DNA from: Rhynchobatus australiae | Taxonomy: Eukaryota | Assembly (NCBI GenBank): GCA_034780895.1 | Contig: JAUZTB010000027.1 | Span: forward strand, 33,535,719 to 33,599,718 | Direction of reading: 5' to 3' | Length of the DNA: 64,000 bases | Shown here: positions 39,391 through 50,868 of the stretch, one piece after another | How the letters are laid out: the number at the start of each line of letters is the position of its first letter | Position numbering within the stretch: position 1 is the stretch's first letter | The notes under the pieces: generated by a model | What the model was told of the DNA's origin: nothing | Databases searched by the model: none | What the model saw: only the letters and a program-made list of their open reading frames with translations | Program-made: the position numbers and the translations under genes

Positions 39391-41110
39391 CAATTGATTA
39401 AAGTGATGAAGACAGATTTCACTGTCCAACCAATATCTCTCCTTCTGGTACCTCATCTCACATTAAATGTTATTTAAATATTAGAAGAACATGGGTTTAT
39501 GAAGGAATTCCTAACAGAATGACTTTCATCATTACATTTGTACACAAAGTCATAGAACTTTGTCAATTTAGATCTCTCAAAGTTGTTTTATGATATTTTT
39601 TTATCTGAAATAGAAGTAAATAAAATCCATTTGCAAAAACATATTTTAAAATATATTATTAGGAAAATAAATTATTAATTCAAAGAGCTTATTTTTTAGT
39701 CTGCTCTAAAATTGCATTCTTTAACTTCAGCCATAACCCAGCCAATTCATACAATAAATAATCTGCTTGGGTGACTGCAAAGCATCTGATGCTCTAGGGT
39801 TTAAATCATAGAATTTTAAAAAAATTATTAAATTTATTTATTCAAAAATCAGTCGGGTTATGAAACATGGCTGGCAGGAATGCCTACTTTAATATAAATG
39901 ACAACAGCCTCCAAATGTTTCAAAGTTGGCAGTTATTAGTGCTATGCACAAGTAAGGTACATGTTATTTGATTTGAATAACAGCTTGAAGCTACGTCCTG
40001 AGCTTTCGCCATATATTAGTCATAAACAATCACATTTAATAACATGGGAACTAATAAAAGAAAACCATGCAGACTGTTTCAGATTGAAATCATGAATATT
40101 ACTCAGCACGATTAATGAGCAAAATTGGAAGTGTTTGTCATCTTGTAACAAATATTTAAATTTAAAACCCTTTTCAACTAGTCACTTCATCCAAAGGAAT
40201 ACTTGAAAAAAGAAAAGCTTTGTTGATTATCAAATTATTGGTGTAATGGCTCTGTAAATGGAAAAAAAATACAACTAGTTGGACTCCTGGCCTGTACTGG
40301 CTTAGTTGATTTTAATCGGAATGGTGGCCGTGGGTGGTGTTGATGGTGGTGGTGATGATGGTGGGGGTTGGCACTGTGGTGTTAGATTTGGCTCCATCAG
40401 TGTGGGTGAGGTGGAAGAAAATTTGCAAATGTTCCAGATTCTGATTGTTATCCAGTCAACAAATGGCCTTCTAGGTGATTAGTTACCAGTATGTAGTGTC
40501 TCAGTTCACACAAGAAAATTCACAATCTGAGTGAAGCACTGGGGTGCCCCATTATCAATGGAACAACATTTCAGCAGATCAATGCCTTCAAAATTAGGAA
40601 ATGGGGAAGGGCAGAGAGACAGGATGAAACCGTGGAATAAAGTGCTAGTCAAATAAATTAAAAGGATTACAATAAATAATAGTTATAATTCAAACCATGA
40701 AAAGTCAGTATTGTATTAGTTTGATGAATACTGTCAGTACTAGAGCTGATACCTTATTGGAACAATGTTCATGTTTTTAATGGAATGTATTATCATTATG
40801 GAACATTTTGTACAAAAGTTGGTCAGTGATAGCAGAGGGATTAGAGTACTCTTCCTGTTCCTATTAAAATTTCCATAAAATATTAAAGATAAATATCAGA
40901 TTTTTACATTTTCAATATGTTTATTGCATGTAACTGCATGTTATTACTTATCATAAGTTCAAGAACACAGGAAATAAAGCTGAGTACTCACTGTGGTAAT
41001 CATGCAACCATCTAGAATGAGGCATAGTGAATCAGCTCCCCAGTTTACAACCACTCCCAATTTTCAATTCCACTAACTTCAGTTCTGTTGCTCCAGAGTA
41101 TATGTGCATT

Positions 41111-41144
41111 TGCAGTGCTCAGCTTTAGACTCCAGAGGGCAGTA
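41111..41144 (+). promoter_or_regulatory. Candidate CTCF site with upstream (ZF9-11) motif
   Basis: TGCAGTGCTC-agctt-TAGACTCCAGAGGGCAGTA: core close to CCACCAGAGGGCAGTA, with a TGCAGT upstream motif at canonical spacing. Confidence 0.55.
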
Positions 41145-42950
41145 TAACACCAGTAACTGATGAGCACACCACAACAGTTTCTCAATATAGAACCATTGTA
41201 ACAATATCCATGTGACAAGGCATGATGAAGATAGCATTCATTTGGCCGTTATAATCAATATGCCCAAAACTGAATGCACTCAGTAAATCATGTTTGATTT
41301 GGACTCGTCAGAAGTTGTATTAATCACCACTCAAAGACCACTGAATGCAGATGGCGAAGGGTATCAGATTGATTTGTTTTCGAGACATGAGATTTATGAT
41401 TGTTGAAATATAGTAAACTTTATACTGATACTTTATAATAGAAGATCACAGATAGAATCTTAATAAAAAACACATTGAAATATATCCCTAGGTAGTTGCA
41501 ATGTTATGGGATCCTGCAGACATTGATGAATGCTCATTTGCAGTGATTGCATTTCATGTTTTTAACTTCTTATACATTCATTTATGATGTAAATGTTCTA
41601 TGAAAAGCATTCTATTTATCAAAAAAAGGAAAGTAGTGAAATGATCTGGACTGCATTATGTTACAGTTTTTCATTTGTACAAAGGACATCTGTGAATATT
41701 CAAAGGTGATTTACTGAACAGTTCACAAGACAAAGAGATTGTTGATCACCATTTATTGGGTGGTAGGGAAAGAAGCAATTTTCTCAGTAGGTTACATGTA
41801 AACATTTTCATCCATATGCAGATGACTACATCAAAAAAGCCTTTAAAAACATAAAAAAAATTACTGTGCATTAGGAAGTCATTCAAGTTCGTCTATGATG
41901 CAATTATGTGTGAAGTGTTGATTTCATTTGGTAAAATTCCTTACCAGAAATGGTTAATAAAGATCTGCTAATGCAATTATTAGCAGGAAGCAAACACTTT
42001 CTTGGTGATCTCAGTGGATTTTATATGATAGCCTTGCTCACATTAGCATTGTAAATAGTTGTGATAATTGTATTCTTATGGTTAATATTAGGAAAGAAAT
42101 TGTTCTATGTAATTCATTTCCTCAAAGCAAAGACTTCTGATTTATAAATACAAGAAATTACAATAAGAATGTCAGACTTGGGTAGTGTTGTTGGAAGATG
42201 TCTTGGCTCTTAATTGATTGTTAAGGTTTCCATTTCGTGTGCCTGCTGTTTTGATCAGAAACATACTGTGAAAAGGTCAATGAAATCCACCACCTGGCAA
42301 ATGATCGTTTATTCTACTGTAGTTTGAAGAATCTTATTCCACTCAAAAAAGCTTTCAAACTAGTAAAGTAAGAATATATGGCAAAGTATTAATGTGTATG
42401 TAAGCTGTTTAAAATAAATTATAACAAAGCTTAAATGACTTACTTTTTCAGCTAGAATTAATAATTGGTATCACTTTGTTTTCTTTGTAAATGTGAAATC
42501 AGCCAGAATGAGCTAATTTTGCTGAGGGAAAAAAAAAGCATTTGACAGCTTTCTCCAGTTTGTGCAGCCAAGTGAATGTGAAGTCCTCAGGGAATTCAAA
42601 ATCAAAGACATGCTTTTAGCTACACTGTTAAATTAAATGAAAGCACTAGAAGGCAATTTACAGCTTTTGAGACTCAATGTACAAATGTTTATCACTGAAA
42701 TTGAGATCCTGCAGCATTTAGCCTTTTTAATGCCAGTGGGACTATATTGCAGTGGTTAAATTGGCAGCTTCTTTACTGGTTTATGACTACTATTAAAAAT
42801 TAGCATTGTATGGGCAGAAGAGTAAAAAACCTGGAATGACCAGAACATGTTGCTCTTTGAGAAACTGACGAAGACACAACAGAAATGTTAGCATTTACAA
42901 ATTGAGTGTCTGTTTCAGCATTGAAAGCAAATGAGCTTCACTATGTTTGG

Positions 42951-42968
42951 CAGCCTGCAGGGGGCAGG
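42951..42968 (+). promoter_or_regulatory. Candidate CTCF core site
   Basis: CCTGCAGGGGGCAG (42954-42967) vs consensus CCASYAGRKGGCRS, one mismatch, in unique sequence. Confidence 0.45.
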
Positions 42969-43356
42969 AGGGTTACGCGCACAAAGTGTTCCAGCCAGAA
43001 TTGTTTATACAAGATCATGAGGCAAAGGGATTGCTTCCCCGTGCAAGCAAATTTTATTCTTCTAATTTTAATGTGGTTACTTATAAACCAATGTTTGAAA
43101 TGTGTTGTTGAACATTCACTATCATTCATAGTTTGCAGCACCATCTGCAGCACATTCAAGCGAGAGAGGTTAGAATTTAGTTGAAGGATCAAAAATTTCA
43201 AGTTACCTAGATGGTAGGTAAAATTTCCAAAAAATTAGAAGCAGCAGTAGTTGAGCTGAGATAGGTCAAAAATCTAAGTTCTGATTTTATAAAATTTATT
43301 TTCAAGCATATCGTAGTTGCATTGTATCAAATGGAATTAGAGGCCTTATGAAGGGG

Positions 43357-43547
43357 GATGCAAAATAAGGGAGACACAAGAGACTGCAGGTGCTGGAGTT
43401 TGGAGCAACAAACGATCTGCTGGAGGANNNNNNNNNNGGGGTGAGCAGCGTCTGTGGGAGGAAAGGAATTGTCAATATTTTGAGTCGAAACCCTGCATCA
43501 GGACCTGCTAAGTTCCTCCAGCAGATTGTTTGATGCAAAATAAGGGA
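43357..43547 (-). mobile_element. Penelope-derived short insertion with inverted end and 16-bp target-site duplication
   Basis: gatgcaaaataaggga occurs at 43357-43372 and 43532-43547. The insert is a minus-strand pseudo-LTR end (hammerhead-like motif 43471-43504) plus a short plus-strand piece gacctgctaagttcctccagcagattgttt. Confidence 0.8.
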
Positions 43548-45345
43548 ATGGATAGTAATGGTGCTGGGGAGGGAAAAAGCAAAACAGGCAAAGTGTTTCT
43601 AGAACAATCACAGCAACATGGGGACAATATAGGATTTACAAGAGTGCATCCGGGAGTACTATAATCTTACTCAGTGGAAATAAATTTTTACCCGTTATTG
43701 TTTCCTGTGCTCTGTATATGTAACAGGTATATTTAACAGTAGTGTTATGACGCTGGCAATTTAATGTTTGACTGAGGAAGAAACAGCCACTTTGCAGTTT
43801 ATGCTGGACTAGATCTATTGTCCAAACTTTGAAGTGATCACCTTTTAACATTTTCAACCACTGGAAATATTTTAGTAATCTGTGAACAATGAGTAAAGGG
43901 GAGACAAGCAATTAGTGAAGTGTACCTTTCACTGCCGACCTCAACAGGAGGTAGGATAAGGTGGAGTGGGATAATTCGTTTCAAATGATAAAAAGGAGAA
44001 ATTGTGGAGAGGTAGTTCTCAGCTCAGCAGCAAGCTAATGAAGCCAGAACTTCAAAACAACTCAAGCCTCACACTGATAAGAATGGGCTGATGGAGCTCT
44101 TTCACCATTGATTTCAGGCCCATTTCTATATTAACTTTAAATCATGCCTCTGGGGGAGTCAGTTGGCTACAACAATTGGAAGTGATACAACAGCATAGTT
44201 TAGGTAGAAATTGCATTGCAGAAACTTACTGTTTGACTTAACTTATCTGTGGAGGTTGGTATGATCCCACTCTTATACCGTCCTCTCATAGATGTTCATG
44301 ATTGTAACACTGAGGTTACATCCAGTAAGTATGCCTCTTTAATGGCTGTGATTGATAGCTTGAAAGAGTGAGAATTTTACTGACAGATTTGAAATGATGT
44401 TGGTCTCTGAGTATTAGCTGGTGATATCCTAGAACACAATTTAGAAATTCTGGAGGTACCTTAAGAATAATCATCCAAACTAAGTCTGAAAGAACTGCCA
44501 CAACATTGTAACCACTGGCATACCCATCTCTAAACTGATTGTATGTTCTATTGTGTGAGGTAGACTGGTTTTACGGTTGTTAAAATATGGTTTTTGTATG
44601 ATTTCAAAGATGGTTTGAAGCCAATGACTACATCTGTATGATACATAGAAAAATGGGAAAGTACCTTGTGAGGAGACAAAAACCTAGAAATTGGATTGAT
44701 TAGCACCATTTTTATCTGCACACTATACAAAGGTTCCTGAAACTGTGTGGATCACGTTAAGTTCACTGTGAAACTGACCTGGGTACCTCTATGCACTATT
44801 TTTGCCAATGTGCCTGACATTTTCCTGGCATCAGACATGGACCAAATAACGTCACCCATTTTCTCTCTTATCAATGTAAATTGAGCTCAAAGGTTAAACC
44901 TCAAACCTTTGTGCACCAGTCACAGTTGAACTTGGGGCACACTGTGCCATATTGTTGTTTTCCTCACCATTTAAAGATACACTCTGGTGACCTTGAGAGA
45001 CCCCTCTGAACAGCTTCAGAACTGGTTGCAGACTGCTCAGAGTTCCTCACAGGGTATGCCTAAATTAATAGGCCTTAGGAAGGTGGATGCAAAATAAAGG
45101 AATGGATAGTAATGGTGTTGAGGAGGGAAAAAGAAAAACAAGCAATGTGTTTTAAGAACTATCACAGCACTGAATGAGTTTCTCAGCAAAAAAAAACTCC
45201 TGCATTCAGCTGCTGAAAAACTCATTGTCAGGGCCTCAGTGGTGATTCATTAGAAGGACTCCATCACTGGAGGTGTCGTTATTGTAATGATTAGCCATTC
45301 AGGATGGGCTGAGGGTCTCAAGCAAGGAGTCCTAGACACATTCTT

Positions 45346-46180
45346 ATGCAAAGAATCTACACCCAGACAGTCTTTAGAGACACCACATCCTACTTGGACC
45401 TTTGTGCTGAAGAATGTATTCATAGACTTAGTTTTCTAAGACAGTCGTCACTGACATTTATGACTTTCTCGGAGAACACCTTGGGTCATGCTCTCCTTTC
45501 TGGTCTGCTCTCTTCATGGAGGCCACAAGCATATTGACTTTAAGCTTCCTTACCTGAAGATCTTTCCAAACAGCCACAGCAGATTTCTGCCATGTCTCCC
45601 AATGTGCTGCTGCTTAATGCTGCATTGGAGAGATCACGCAGACATTATTTGTAAGAAAAATAATTTCACTTGCTTCGATTGTATGAAGAACAGGTGGCAT
45701 AGGGTTTGGCTGTGGCTTCCCACGAGTACCCATAAGTTCTCCCATTATAAACTTCAATCAACATGAAAGATTTCCACACTCCCAATGTTCACCTGAATGT
45801 AGAGCATCAGAAGAATCCAGGAAATATACACGATGCCTTCATCCTTGGAGAATGGACTTATTGACATTATCATGGCCAGCTCTCCTTGCAGAGATAAATC
45901 CTGGAGAACAGGGGCTACCTTCTACTTTCCTAAATCCTCATGCCTGGTAACAGTCCAATCATAGCAAATGAGCACTGCTACAACGTGAGCTATGCAAAGG
46001 CCAGAGTAGTTGTGAAAATGTCAGCAGGGTTCAGAAAATGAGATTCTATTGCTTGCACCTGTCCAGGGGCACCTTGCAGTTTAAACCAACCAGGTATGGA
46101 CATTTCACTGCAGTACAACATAGCCTATCAAAGATAGCAGTCAGTGTCAGAGGAGCTACCAGCCAGGATACCCTGAGCCC
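45346..46180 (+). pseudogene. PIF/Harbinger DDE transposase pseudogene, near full length
   Basis: Colinear motifs: TVFRDTTSYLDLCAEECIHRLSF; RSFQTATADFCHVSQCAA; GFPRV; KDFHTPNVHL; PGNIHDAFIL (45817-45846); LENRGY; EHCYNVSYAKARVVV; KMRFYCLHLSRGTLQFKP. Many frameshifts and stops. Confidence 0.87.
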
Positions 46181-46199
46181 AAATGTATAAGATGGAATC

Positions 46200-46418
46200 T
46201 GAAGAGCAGAAAAAGCAATTTCATCTAAGTAATGAATTTGTATGACAAACAACAGAGGGCCTAGCACTGGTCCCTGTAGAATACCACTGGTCACAGAACA
46301 GCCATCTAATGTCAGAAAACAGCTCTCTACCATCACACTCTGACTTCCATGACCAGAACAATCTTGGATCCAATTTACCAAATCACTGTGGATCCCATGC
46401 TACTGGAGTAGCCTACCA
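46200..46418 (-). mobile_element. CR1 RT fragment, antisense
   Basis: VNWIQD..QSVMVESCF..VTSGILQGPVLGPLLFVI. Confidence 0.85.
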
Positions 46419-46419
46419 T

Positions 46420-48330
46420 TCCTTGAAACATTGGGACTGGTGGTGAGAAGGTAGGTCCTATATAAGCAGGAAGGGTTTACATGCAGTCAGGACTGGAACC
46501 AATGTCTTTGCGGGTGTGTTCGCTAAAGCTGTTGGGGTGGATTCAAGTGACAATGGCAGGGGGATGGGAACCTGAGTGGGGAGATTGAGGAGGAGGAAAC
46601 AAAGATAGAAATGAAAGACAGGAAACTAAAAGGCAAAAGTAGAAGGCATAGAAATCAAAGGCAAGAAACAAACAGGGCCACAGTGCGAAATAATGCCAAG
46701 ATGACAAAGAATATTAAAAGAACAAGCTTAAAGGCACTGTGTTCACAATAAGGTAGGTGAATTAATCGCACATATAGATGTAAACAGATATGATTTCATT
46801 GTGATTACAGAGACATGGCTGCAGGGTGACCAAGAATGGGAATTGAACATTCAGGTGTATTCAATATTTAGGAAAGACACTCAGAAAGGAAAAGGAGGTG
46901 GAGTAGTGATGTTGATGAAAGAGAAAACCAATACAATATTAGGGAAGGATATTAGCTTAGAGAATCTTGATATAGAATCTGCGTAGATGGAGCTGAGAAG
47001 CATAAAGAGGCAGAAAGTATTGATGGGGGTTGTACGTAGACCCCAAACAGAAATGGTGTCATGGGGATGGTAATAAACAGGAAATTAGAGATGCACATGA
47101 TAGGGTACAATGGTAATTATGGATGCCTTTAATCTATATATAGGTTGGGCAAATCAACTTCACAATAACACCATCCAGGAGGAATTCCTGTAGTGCATTT
47201 GTAGTGTAGTGATTTCATAAAGCGAAGAACCAGCTAGAGGACAGGCCATCCTAGACTAGGTGTTGTGTAATAGGAACAGACAATTAACAACAAAATGAGA
47301 AAATTCTTCATTAAGATGTAGAGTTAGAGAACTGATTTTAAGACTAAGGCCCTGAAGCTAAATAAACAATGAACGTATGAGGTGTGAGTTGGCTATAATA
47401 GATTGAGAATCATTACTTAACTAGCAGATATGCAATGTTTAGCATTTAAAAAGTGCATGGATGGATTACAATAATTGTTAATTCCTGTCTGGGAATAAGC
47501 TAAAACAGGAAAGGTGGGCTAAACATAGCTTCCAAAAAAAAAGGAATAATATTAGAATCAAAAAAAAGTGAATAATATTAGATCCAATTGGGAGACATAT
47601 AAAATGGCCAGAAAAAGCAGCAAACCTGAATTCTAAGAGCAGTTTAGAACATAGCAAAGGAGGACAAAGAGATTTATTAGGAAGGGGGAAATAGAGCCTA
47701 AGTTTGGAGAGAAAACATGGAAACTGCTGTGTGCGTGTGTATGTGTATGAGTGTGTGTGAAGAGATAAAGATTGGTGAGGGCAAATGTAGATCCCTTATA
47801 GTTATAAATGTGCACAAAAAATGACGGACTATTAGACATGTACTCTGTTTCTGTCTTCACAATGTCTTGTGAATGCTGCTTATATGATTCTATGTGCCTG
47901 TGATGCTGGTGCAATTAAGTTTATCATTGCACCTGTGCATACAAGTACTTGTGCATATGATAATAAATTTGACTTTGACAAAGGAGAACATTAATAACTT
48001 CCTGGAAATAATGGGGAACCTAGGGTCTAGTGAGGGGAGAAACTAAAGGAAATCATTTTTAGTAGGAAAGTGGTGTTNNNNNNNNNNNTGAGATTGAAGG
48101 TCCATAAATCCCCAGGGCCTGATAATCCACACTTAAAGAAGTACCCTAAAACATAATGGATGAGCATTGCCAGTCATTTTCCAAAGTTCTATTAGGCTCT
48201 GGAATAGCCCAATGGATTGAAGGGTAGCTAATGTAACCCCACTATTAAAAAAATAAAGGTAGAGGGAAAACAGGTTAGCCTGACTTTTGTAGTGGGGAAA
48301 ATGTGAGTTCATTTGAAAAGACATAATAGC
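46420..48330 (+). mobile_element. CR1 LINE 5'/middle region: end of SGNH-esterase ORF1, AP endonuclease and start of RT
   Basis: HWD..LYKQEGL/H..RTGTNVFAGVFAKAVG (esterase DGLH region); ITETWLQGDQEWELNIQVYSIFRKDTQKGKGGGV (APE); KSPGPDN; D*RVANVTPLLKK. Confidence 0.85.
47863..47977 (+). mobile_element. Short Rex1-type 3' tail nested in CR1
   Basis: tgtgatgctggtgca..gtgcatatgataataaatttgactttg, flanked by ACAA on both sides. Removing it restores CR1 tgtcttcacaaaggag. Confidence 0.6.
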
Positions 48331-48334
48331 AGAG

Positions 48335-48440
48335 ATAAAAGACAGAAAACAGTGGAAAATCTCAGCAGGTCAGGAAACAGCTGTNNNNNNNNNNAGAGAA
48401 AGGGTTAATGTTTCAGATTGAAGACCCTTTGTCAGAACTG
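48335..48440 (-). mobile_element. Penelope pseudo-LTR fragment with hammerhead-like motif
   Basis: Minus strand 48404-48440 reads cagtt-CTGACAA-agggtcttcaatct-GAAAC-ATT-aac. Confidence 0.65.
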
Positions 48441-48444
48441 AGTG

Positions 48445-48990
48445 AAATTCCTTGCAAGAGCAAGGGAATACAAAATTAGGGAAGTCTTGTTACAGTTTTG
48501 CAGGGTTTTGGTGAAACCACGCCTTGGGTATTGAGTACAGCTTTGTTCTCTTCATTTAAGGAGGGATGTATTAGCCTTGGAGGCTGAGCAGCCAAGGTTT
48601 ATGAGATTGATTCCTAGAATGAGAGGGTTGAACTATGAGGAAAGATTGAATAGAATGAGCCTATATTCTCTTGAGTTCAGAGAAATGAAAGATGACCTCA
48701 TTAAAATATCTAAGATTCTAAGGGGGCTTGACAGGGTAGATGTTGTGAAGAAGCTTAGAACCATTGTCTCTGGATAAGGGGTTGTCTAATTATATCTGAC
48801 ATGAGAAGGAATTTATCCTCTCAGTATGCTGTGTAAAGTAGCCCAAAGATTCACAAAGAGAGGAGTGAATGCTGAGTCATTAAATATATTCAATGCTGAA
48901 ATCAATATAGTCATGACCTTATTGAATGGTGGAGCAAGTTCAAGGGGGCATTTGACCTACTGCTGCTACTATTTCTACATTTATGTATTA
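48445..48990 (+). mobile_element. CR1 LINE 3' end
   Basis: RFMRLIPRMRGLNYEERLNRMSLYSLEFREMKDDLI. Confidence 0.85.
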
Positions 48991-50334
48991 AAATATTCTA
49001 TGAACTCATGGGATAGGTTGAAGCCATCAGAGTGGTTAGATATTAACCTTTGGGGAGCTGAATTCAAATCTAGTCCAGATTGAAGGGCTAAAAGAATGTT
49101 TGATGTTGACCTCAGGTGATTGAAATGAGCAAGAGTTTTTAATACAGTACTGAAAATCCTTTCTGGAAGAGTACAGAAGTATTTAAATTCTAAAATCGTG
49201 TAACCTTTGTGAATAGGAATATACCTTTAAGTAATTATCCTTTTGGGAATGAACAGAAGGCATTGTGGAAGAGCTGGATGTAGACCGATGATCTTTGACA
49301 TCACTGTTCTTTATCTCAAGTCCACTATTATACAGAGAATGGAGGCCAACTTGCCATATAGGAGGGATTTCTTTTTCATCTCTGAGCTCTGAAGTGTGTT
49401 AGATAAAGGCTGGATGAAGCTAGGTGTGTTGGATGACACAAAGACACTTCTGATGTAACAACTTTCTTCTTAATAGCGCCACTGGAAGTGAACAAATCTC
49501 TATCCAACTGAGACAGCCCAAGCTGTCAAACCTTGCAACCTCTTCACTAGGATTTAAGCACTCATCAACTTGAGCTTATAAGCTACCTCTGCAAACTCAT
49601 TTTCAATCCTTGGTGAAAATATTGAACAACTTCTGCATTTAAAAAACCCAAAAGCACGAAGAATATTGATTTATTAATAGCTGTCTCTTTAAAGTCTATT
49701 AATCACTTCCCTGTCAGGAGATTAATTCCTTTGTGAGCATTGAAAGCTAACATTTTCCAGATTTTATAGCTTTTGATAGAAGTCACCAAATACAGTTGGT
49801 ATAGTTTATATCACTTAAAAGCTTGCTATGCAGCAGAAATTTCCATTTAACATTAATGGATCATCTGGTTAGAAGGATAAAAGGTCATGATGGGTGAACA
49901 AGAAGCCAAACAATATACCCATTAATTAACTCCATCAAAATATACAAATCTTTATCCTTTTTGTTTTCCTTTTAATGCTTCCCTATATACCAGAAGGTAT
50001 TAACTCTGCTGGAGTATATGGTACCATGAATTCCAGATTAGATTAGTTCTTTAGCACCTTATCCAACGTAGACCACAACAGTTTTTATAACTATAGTGGT
50101 TATTAGTCATTTCTGTTGTGCATCACGATCCACACATGCAGAGTGCAACCAGACTTCTTGACGGTGACCCAGAGTGGCAAATCAGGCACTGAGAGCAGTT
50201 GTTTTTATTGTCACCTTATTGAGATCAACTAAATCAGCACGGATCTCTTCAAACTAGCAGCTATTCTGATCAGTATAATTTAGCTACACATAGGATAAAT
50301 TCCAGTTGAATTTCATGTTCATTATTACATTTTA

Positions 50335-50868
50335 TACTGAACAGTTTTGGTCTCCTTACCTAAAAAAAGGATATACTTTCTATAGAGGAGGTACAGTGAG
50401 GATTATCCAGACTAGTTCCAGGGATGGCAGGTTTGTATATGAGGAGTCATTGAGTGGACCACAACTGTATTCTTTAGTGTTTAGAGGAATGAGAGGTGAT
50501 CTCATCAAAATTTACAAAATTGTTTAAGCCTTTATCAGACTAGAAGCAGGGAGGGCATTTCTACTGACTGAGGAGTTTAGAACTGGGGGGCACAGTTTCA
50601 GAATACGGGTTAGGTTGTTTAGGACTGAAGTGAAGAGAAACATCTTCATTCAGAGGATGAACCTTTGGAGGTCTTTACCCCACAAGCTCAGCTGAGGTGG
50701 TCATTCAAAACAGACTGATAGATTTCTGGCATTAAGGGCATCAAGGAATATAGGGAGAGTGCTGGAAAATGGCACTGAGGTAGAAGATTGTTCATGATCT
50801 TGACTGATGGTGGAGCAAACTCAAAGGGCCATATGGCTTACCCCTGCTCTTATTTCTTATGTTCTTAT
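50335..50868 (+). mobile_element. CR1 LINE 3' end
   Basis: QFWSPYLKK..LYSLVFRGMRGDLIKIYKI, with tail cttatttcttatgttctta. Confidence 0.85.

Noticed and set aside
48990-49200. LF-SINE-like head sequence
   Set aside because: Similarity too weak to call by eye.
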